The notes beneath the pieces are model-generated. The model saw only the letters and a list, made by a program, of their open reading frames with translations. It did no database searches and had not been told where the DNA came from. This document shows, in pieces, positions 37,953 to 45,290 of a stretch of 45,290 nucleotides of DNA; the first letter of the stretch is position 1, and each line of letters starts with the position of its first letter. A program made the position numbers and the translations under genes. This stretch comes from Catajapyx aquilonaris (lineage: Eukaryota). The DNA is taken from assembly GCA_000934665.2 (NCBI GenBank), contig JYFJ02003192.1, positions 1 through 45,290 on the forward strand, in the 5' to 3' direction.

Positions 37953-38330
37953 CTACGTGGTATCATCTAAAAACATATTATTATCAACATGGATTCCGCG
38001 TGTTTGTTGCAGAGACCAGAAATCGAACCCACCTGTTAATAACCTTTCAACCAGCACGCCTTCCACTTGATTCTCTCTGAAAAATAGATACGTCCCTTGA
38101 ATATTTGATACAAGCCAGTTGGCGCCTCCAAGTCGATAGTTTTTCAGGTGTGTGCCGTACTTGGCCGATATCTTGTGGGAGCCCGGGAGGTTGTCCATCG
38201 GGAGACGGTCCACACTGCCCACGTCGCGTCGGCCGTGCAGGCATGGCTAAAAGAGCGGTCCTTTGAATCAAGACGTATGCAAATCCCGTAGTGCAAATCC
38301 ACTTCCACCTGGTGCGTTTATGGAAACATG
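37953..38330 (-). mobile_element. Degenerate NeSL/R2/R4-like RT core fragment
   Basis: NAPGGSGFALRDL, RLDSK, RWTTSR, KNYRL, LYQIFKGRI, QVG, in the expected order. Confidence 0.5.
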
Positions 38331-38959
38331 GAGTGCTGGCTACCTCTTTATTCCATTAAGAGCTTGGCTGCATTTTTATGGTGAGCCTTAAAAGCCTGTT
38401 ATTTCCCAGTGTGTTCTCCGGGTTCAACTTGTGTAATTATCGAACGTTGAGTAGCGTAGCCGTAAAAGGGCACCGAGTGCTAATAGAATTTCATTCCGTC
38501 CAGGTTCAGATCTCTCCACTGTTTCGTTTTACGAGTAGTAAAAGCGCTGCAATCACTGACGAAAAGAGCTCGGAAGCAGGCATTGAACAGTTATTGGCGG
38601 CGGAATGGGGAATATTTCCCCTCACATCCGCAATGGAGGGAGTAGATTACACCAATGGCTTGGTGTTGGGCGCCATTTGAGTGTCCCTTTCAATTCCAAC
38701 TACTTCCAAAGGATTGGATCGCCGTCAACTTATCGGCGTCGCTACCCTACGCCATCCGGTATATTGGGCCGCAATCCTTTCTCGCCTTCATTACCGGGCC
38801 TCCGATAAGCTTCCCTGCACTTTTCTACTCAGCACCCATGTTTTACTACTTCAGGATACTGTCCCTTCTAATTTTAACACCATTACTTAGGTATAGATAC
38901 GTGCACCATATATGCTCTACTTCCCAGCTCTCATCTTGAAGCAGACTCCCAGACGCATG

Positions 38960-39330
38960 TCACTAGGCCTAGGCTTCCATTTTGAGGAGAGCCGAGGTAA
39001 TCGGATCAGGTATATAAATAGGGGCTCTGAATAGACAAGGTCGTTTGCGGAATACTCAGGGAAATGTGCAACGTTACTGTAATATGGTTGACTTTTTGTC
39101 GGAGGTCTCAATATGTTCAAAATGTTTCTTAACACTCTTACACTTGCACACTTTTGTATTGACAGCGTGTCAAATCTGAAAGGCGATTTGGTTCCCTGCT
39201 TTGAGCCGAATATTACTACGTCTTTTGCAGTCACGGGAAAAAGGCGGGTGCAATATGCGGTTGAAAACTTTTGAGCTATGTCAGAGTATGATGAAGCAGT
39301 GCAAATATGATTGAGGACACTCGTTCTTTG
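38960..39330 (-). mobile_element. Degenerate RT core fragment in a 156-codon open frame
   Basis: KFSTAYCTRLFPVTAKDVVIFGSKQG (LFN..L..G.FP..WK.A.V.P..K.G), TLSIQKCASVRVLRNI, AHFPEYSANDLV (GF.P..ST.D.L). Confidence 0.55.
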
Positions 39331-39337
39331 GTAAAAT

Positions 39338-39415
39338 ACAGAGAGTTCCGAAATACTTGTCCGACTAATATGAATATTTGTTGACACTAAGTTGCTTACT
39401 TTTGCATAGTGTTTA
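39338..39415 (+). mobile_element. Fragment of MITE family B
   Basis: TA|CAGAGAGTTCCGAAATACTTGTCCGACTAATATG...TTGTTGACACTAAG aligns with 36826+ and with the reverse complement of 150-241. Confidence 0.6.
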
Positions 39416-39465
39416 TCAAAAGTATTAAGTTAGTTGGTAATATTACTCCTAACTGAATCAGCCAT

Positions 39466-39760
39466 TCAACCTACAGATAAAGCATCCCAAATGAAATTAT
39501 TTAGCACTATACACCACATGATTGTAACGAAATATGTGAAACTGAAACAAGGCAAAACTTTGTGGGAATGGTTCCCATACCTTTTCCTTTCACTCGTCCT
39601 TTCCGGTGACATGAAACTCTGACGTCCCTCCCTTTTTCGCTCTGAATTGTTAAAATCATGCATTGGTGCATACTGACCACTTCCGAATGAAAAGACAAAA
39701 GAAGTGCTCTCAAATTTTTTTCTCGCTTGTGGACCCAGCACGCCCTCTGAAAAGCCCCTT
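39466..39760 (-). mobile_element. Possible degenerate RT fragment
   Basis: KKFES ... NNS...RQSFMSPERTS ... FIWDAL. Confidence 0.3.
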
Positions 39761-39936
39761 ATACTCTCCCAATTTCAGAATCCTCAACTTACAGTATACA
39801 CTACTCGTATATGTAACTTTTTCTGCTCGCCTATAGTACACATACTGAATTATTGGACATCAAGTACAGTACAGTACTTTTCAATCCTCCCAATAGTGCA
39901 ATAGCATGCAGTGTGAAAGAGGCTTTGCGGGACATA

Positions 39937-40330
39937 CAGGGTGGACCAACTTCAAGTGTCGTTTTATAACGGCTATTAATAGAAGCGCTTTACGATTGAT
40001 GTAGCAGCGACGTGTAAAATGGCCCACTTCGCCGCCATCGAAAATATTAGCTGTGTTTCGTTTGCAGGCTTCCCCCTTGCATTACAGGTCCATGGTCCAT
40101 CTGGTGCCTTGGACGTCACCCATTTCACCCAGGCGCATCGCAGGTCATGTGTGCACCTCCTTTTTTCCAGGTCAACCCAGCAGCAGGGTTGATTACATGT
40201 GTGCTGCTATTGGCAGCTAATATTTTCGATGCCGCCGAAGTGGGACATTTTACACGTCGCTGCTACGTCATCGCAAAATCACTGCTATTAATCGCCGTTA
40301 TCAAACGACACTTGAAGTTGGTCCACCCTG
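39937..40330. mobile_element. Tc1/mariner-type MITE family C
   Basis: TA|CAGGGTGGACCAACTTCAAGTGTCG ... CGACACTTGAAGTTGGTCCACCCTG|TA; about 115-bp TIRs. Confidence 0.9.
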
Positions 40331-40514
40331 TATATAGCTTTTTTTCTTTAAGACTTACACACACATACGGGTTGTACTAAAAACATGTCCGACCCATACT
40401 GAATGAACGAAACGCCTTAGCTGACCACCACCAGGTTGTGATCAGTATGGCGGCACATTTTCACATCCACATCGTACGCACACATGTATCCTGCATCAAA
40501 ATTACGACAGCAGT

Positions 40515-40990
40515 AAAAGACTATAAGGCCCCAGGCAGCAAGCAGACCCTATAGAGGAAGCCGTGTATAAACTCTGGGGCCGGGAGAGGGTATTTTCCGC
40601 TCAAATCTTGGTAGCTGAGCTAGGAGCTGGGCAGCAAAAATGAAATTGCACAGTGCCGAGAGGTGCACTTGGTAAATATTCAAATTCCTCCGTGTTCATC
40701 AAGCCGTGCAAGCGATTTCAGAACAGCAGCTAGTCTGGCGGAGACGAGCAAATCCTAATGGCGGTCGCATCCTCCCTGTGGAAATGGAGGCAAACCTGAC
40801 AATAGGCGCGAATTAGAGACAAATTCATAACTGCGAGAGAGTAGAGGAGCTGCCTGCCGGTGAGCAACTCTTGCAAGCTGACGATATAATTAGGCAAAAG
40901 CATGGAATTGTGGGCGGGTGAGAGTACAGTCATGGCCAGGCTAGCTCCAGCCATTTGCTCTGGATTTCAAAGGATGGTGTATCAGCACTT
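40515..40990 (+). mobile_element. Degenerate RT core fragment
   Basis: KDYKAPGS, ASDFRTAASLAETSK (SDFRPISLL...SK), RSC, FALDFKG. Confidence 0.5.
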
Positions 40991-41274
40991 TGTGCCAATC
41001 GATATAACAGATATGCTTTAATGCGGCTAAAGAAATTCATATGTGCACTCAATTCACACACCAAATGCTGATCATACATTTTTTAATTGGCCGCTTTTTT
41101 ACCTGGATATCAGCAAAAAAAATCTCGCGACAAATTATGGATGTAGTTTCTTCTACAAATATGTAAAATTACAGACAATTTGTTTATTTATCATTATTTA
41201 TATAAATATTATTGTTATTCATGATAATGCGATACTGACGTAACAGGATCCTGTTACACATTAGTAGAATCACA

Positions 41275-41737
41275 GAGTGCATTCAGGAGGATTCGTGGTA
41301 TGTAGGCTTTGTTGGCACATGAGATGATTGGCATCTATAGTCATTAAAAAATGTTCGCAATTACTCGGAGTGGAGCGGATCTTTTAGCTTTCAAATTGCG
41401 CATACATCCCAATTTTGCAGACCACTCACTGCAATAGGTTTCATAGCACAAAAACTCCTACTGCATGGAGTACTGTAATAAATGCATTTTAGCACGATTG
41501 TATAACATTTCACTAAAAAGGCACAATATACTGCATCAAGAACCATGTGGAATCACAATAACAACTACACTGAAAATTTTAAGTGCCGCTATAATTATTA
41601 CGCACCTAATGAATTACCTATTTCGATTTGTGGATAATGTAATTAAAAGGGTAAATTTGATTAATAATATACGGAATGCGGTACTCGTAAAGTCCTCATG
41701 GGTTTATATTGTGCAAATAAATAAACAAGTAGAGTAA
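41275..41737 (+). mobile_element. Degenerate RT core fragment
   Basis: NKCILARLYNISLKRHNILHQEPCG (K.I..RL...L..HNIL...Q.G), HLMNYLFRFVDN, NNIRNAVLV (D.RKAF..V). Confidence 0.55.
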
Positions 41738-41792
41738 ATAAAATATAACGTGCATCAATAATTACCCCCATTGCAGCCAGCACCTCAATGGC

Positions 41793-41793
<1 letters not shown>

Positions 41794-41851
<58 letters not shown>
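41794..41851. repeat. (ATT)n microsatellite, about 19 units
   Basis: Direct reading. Confidence 0.98.
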
Positions 41852-41852
<1 letters not shown>

Positions 41853-41899
41853 AGGTGAAACAGTGGACCATGTGATTAATACTGTATGCGGTGGTGCAG

Positions 41900-42160
41900 T
41901 GACCAACACAGTTGAAGATGGCGGAAGGGGGAGAAGTTATGAATTATTTAAAGCAGCAATCAGTTTAAATAGTTGCTTTTGTATTTTTTTCGACAATCGG
42001 ACTTATCCTCATGATTGATTTTTGGTGATCCCTGAATATTCAATGCACAGTTTACCTCCTACCCCATCACTCCCTCTTGGAGAGTGATTTGTGCAGTGCC
42101 TGTACCTATAAATGCATTTTACGATTTCCCACATCAGACTATGCTGCATCCTGCATGATG
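41900..42160 (+). mobile_element. Degenerate RT fragment
   Basis: SYELFK, IFNAQFTSYPITPSWRVICAVPVP (IFN.SL..G..P.SWK.A.V.PVPK), SDY. Confidence 0.5.
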
Positions 42161-42524
42161 CAAATTTTACGCGATAAAAATACATAGAGTAGCGCCCATG
42201 AAACAACAGCCCATCCACATAATGATCAGTTGTTTGTAAGTTATATCTCATTTGATTACTTTTAATCTACAAAACGGCAATTACTGTACTGTCTTTCTGA
42301 CATCACTTTTACACACCCCTCCTGTAAAACTCATCCTATTCTGGGATGGAAGCAGGAGTTTTGGCACTATCCGACTTTTAAATAAGCCTACTCGTGGCTA
42401 ATGCAAACAAGAATTCATAACGTAACACCGTCATAATATGGTCACCTGAATAGCATTTCGATAATGGCGTGAAGAACCCATCACAAGGGAGGCATCTTGT
42501 GATGGGCCTGTTATCACCCATTAG

Positions 42525-43100
42525 AAAAGAAACAATGGTGACCCCTTAGGTGGGAGTGGTCCCTTCCTACGTGCAGGTCCCAGCTGCAAAACATGCACCT
42601 TTATCCGGCGTCTATCTCCCAGCAGCCAACATTCTGGTACAATGTGCAAGAGCAATTTGGGCGTGCACTGCATGCTCCACACTGAATCCGTGAAGACTCC
42701 CATGTGCTGCGCTTCCGCACACCATCCCCAGCCATGGACTAATCTTGGCGCGTTTCCTTTATTGTGCACGGCAGTCATATCGCTGCAACGAGGGCTCCTA
42801 TCTGGATTCTCCTACCCCCAGTCCCCTCTCTACCCCCACACCTCCTACTCCCGGAATAGGGCACAATCTCGCTTGTTTACTTTTGTGCAGTCGCGGGTAA
42901 TGTGACAGTGGGGTGCTGTTTCATAGAATGGATGCAGCAGTGAATTCATATTGACCGCTGCGCCTCGCTTTTCCAGCCCCCGATTTCATATCACTGGAAA
43001 GCCTCAAGTTTTAAGAGAAGAAGGAATGGCACTATATCTGTGGCAGCTGGGGACGAGACTCGACGGCCCTCGCAGGTCTACTCTACTTTGCCCCACCTAG
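42525..43100 (+). mobile_element. Possible degenerate NeSL/R2-like RT fragment
   Basis: NNGDP, FIRRLS, PWTNLGAF (WLDL.NAF), SLQRG, TISVAAG. Confidence 0.35.
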
Positions 43101-43170
43101 GCCCCACCATTGGCCCCAATCCGCCCCCAAAGAACCTAACCACACCTCGGCATACACACTGATTTCCTAG

Positions 43171-43225
43171 CAGTGGTTTTCAAACTGGGGTACGCGAACA
43201 CAATTTTGGGGGTACGCGAAAGATA
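43171..43225 (+). mobile_element. hAT (Charlie-like) terminal fragment
   Basis: CAGTGGTTTTCAAACTGGGGTACGCG with a subterminal GGGGTACGCGAA repeat; no partner end found. Confidence 0.55.
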
Positions 43226-43306
43226 TCGTGGAATGGTCACAAAAAATGGTCGTACTCATTCCCATCTTCCATTTTGATATTAATATTTTAGTGGAGATTT
43301 ATTATA

Positions 43307-43632
43307 CAGTGTTTCAACTTTTTGTCCGAACAGTTATCGGAAAATTGTACGTAGCTGATACTTTGTAAGTCAGTGACTTGCAACCGGTGATTTGTCGGAG
43401 GAATGGGGAATCGGGAAGAGGGTCACACACCCCATGGCATGTGTGACCCTCTTTTTTCCAGGCTTGACCCTCAGTTTCCAGCGGGCAGCACGTCTGCCAC
43501 TTCAACCTACGATTCGCTGGGAATATTCCCAGTTCCTCCGAAAAAATCACCGTTTGCAAGTCACTGCTTACAAAGTAGCAGCTACGTGAAATTTTTCGAT
43601 AACTGTTCGGGCAAAAAAGTTGAAACAACCTG
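43307..43632. mobile_element. Tc1/mariner-type MITE family A, copy 2 (opposite orientation to copy 1)
   Basis: Same TIRs and interior as 36492-36821 in reverse complement; TA flanks. Confidence 0.9.
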
Positions 43633-43863
43633 TATACAGAAGCATTTTCAGACTGCTGCCATTTTCATTCAGCACACGCGTTGAAACTTACGAAGCAACA
43701 TGGCAGTGTTAACTCGAACAACTGGTTCTATCATTGGGCTTTGAAACGTTGTGAAGGATTTTTGAATAAACTCTGACTGCAGAGGCTGATCTCCCTGGCC
43801 TAAATTTTTTTTTCGAGTCTCAACGAATGAAACTGGGGACTTCAAGACATCCCCGCCAATATA

Positions 43864-44176
43864 CAGTGGAGCATCGATTATCCGAACAGAGTTTGCCAAG
43901 GGGGTGTTCGGATAACTGATTGTTCGGATAACTGATCATTTACGGAAAAAAATCGTACCGGTGTCATAGGAGCAATATATGAAACTAAGAAACAGTGATA
44001 TTAACCACAAAACTGTATATTTTCTGTCACAGGCACGTCTTAAAAATACTGTACATATACCTTACTGTCCTTACATGAAGTAGTCCTACAGTTTAGGGGG
44101 GGGGGGNNNNNGTTTTTTTTTTTTCTTTTGCCGACCCGAAAACGTTCGGTTAACCGATGGTTCGGTTGATCCACTA
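43864..44176. mobile_element. pogo/Tigger-like MITE spanning the assembly gap
   Basis: TA|CAGTGGAGCATCGATTATCCGAAC, TGTTCGGATAACTGAT repeats, degenerate right end GTTCGGTT...TCCACTA|TA. Confidence 0.65.
44107..44111. other. Assembly gap (5 N) between poly-G and poly-T runs
   Basis: Direct reading. Confidence 1.
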
Positions 44177-44193
44177 TATACCTAGATGCCTGG

Positions 44194-44760
44194 TGTTTGA
44201 TTTAAAACTCACAGTCTTAGTTCATGGGAATGTATAGTACCGTACCATTCGCAATAAATGCTGTACTCGACTTTCAACGACTCCTCACGTACTCGAAAGC
44301 GACTCGACGCGAGAGCCCTTATTATCGAAGCCCCTGAGCCGCAGCACAATGACATTAATAATCAGGATTGCTGCACCAAGTGTTTTGGACCAATACACTG
44401 GTATATGACTTCCTTAGATAAAGAAGAAATCGAAAAAGTGAAGCACAGGCTGCTGGAATGACCGATAAAGTCCCCACGATTTTGTCACAAGAAACTTGGT
44501 ATCCTGCTGTCAAAAGAGCCGCTAATGGGGATATTTGAAGAATGTGCTTGCAACAGTGAGCCTCGAGGTTAGAAGACTTGGAAAGGAACATAAGTGCAGC
44601 AATCCGGACCATTTATGAGGATATGCTGCGGAGGATATTCGATAATAAGGAGAGCCGGGTCGAGTCGCGTTCGAGTGAGAATGGAAGTCGTTGAGGGTAA
44701 CATGTATTGCGAATAGTTCTATATTCCCATGAACTATAAGGTAATTTGAAACCAAATACG
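44194..44760 (+). pseudogene. Tc1/mariner-superfamily transposase C-terminal relic within an inverted repeat
   Basis: LLE*PIKSP (WP..SP), WGYLKNV, LEDLERNISAAIRTIYEDMLRRIFDN...RVE...ENG...HVL at about 44450-44710; about 44610-44760 has a diverged inverted copy at about 44194-44360. Confidence 0.75.
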
Positions 44761-44991
44761 TATTTCACTTTTTCAGGCAAAGTGGTAAGAAAAATACAGA
44801 ATAGTCGATTTTGGGGGGAACTACCTAGTGAAACACCAAGTATTTAAAATATTTAAAATGTCTGGTTTCACCTAAAAAGGCACAGTAGGAATGGGTCACC
44901 CTCAATAAAGGCAAGACAGCTTGCTTTTCCTTAAAAATAAATAATTCGAGTATTGTACAAAGAAGAATAAATAAGGAACACTTCCTCAAAA

Positions 44992-45290
44992 TCAAATTGG
45001 TGCATGGACGAGATTCTCTAGAATAATTATTGTCACAGCTTCCAAGAAGAGAACCTCTCCTTTTTTACAACCTGTCACTCGTGAAACCCAGAGGAAGGCT
45101 AACCGCCACTGTTTCACCTGCAACATTTGCACCATGGTCCATTGTAAATCTAGCACTGTGGGGCACCTCTTTCCTGGACTCAAAACCAAGGGGGGCTGGT
45201 TCCATTTCAATCCAGACGGAGGGTGCCCAGTCATGGTCTTCGATTTTTTTAAAAAAAATATATGTGAAACCCACATCCAATTGAACCCTT
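44992..45290 (-). mobile_element. Degenerate L1/Tx1-like RT fragment
   Basis: DVGFTYIFFKK...WAP (DGF..EFFK...LAP), KEVPHS, VKQWRLAFL (KNWRPISL). Confidence 0.45.

Noticed and set aside
1..45290. Prokaryotic operon, CRISPR array or endogenous virus
   Set aside because: No long ORFs, no repeat-spacer periodicity and no recognisable viral proteins; the repeat content is typically eukaryotic.

Overview
Eukaryotic, AT-rich, repeat-dense genomic DNA, probably from an invertebrate (arthropod-like SINE and MITE repertoire; the taxon is an inference). It has one 5-N assembly gap and no host protein-coding gene that I can support. Young repeats are clear: four tRNA-headed SINEs with 13-14 bp target-site duplications (TSDs), about a dozen TIR elements/MITEs (Tc1/mariner, pogo, piggyBac, P/hAT, CACTA-like, Harbinger-like), a mariner-type transposase C-terminal relic folded into an inverted repeat, and microsatellites. 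The main observation is that much of the remaining 'unique' sequence reads as about 30 extremely diverged non-LTR retrotransposon (LINE) reverse-transcriptase fragments. They lie on both strands, appear to come from several clades, and almost all cover the same N-terminal RT core (KAPGPDG ... P..W ... YRPISLL ... QxGFR ... D..KAFD ... GVPQG). None has an intact YADD, yet several keep 110-180 codon open frames. These RT calls were made by eye at low identity and need a profile-HMM test with a shuffled control.
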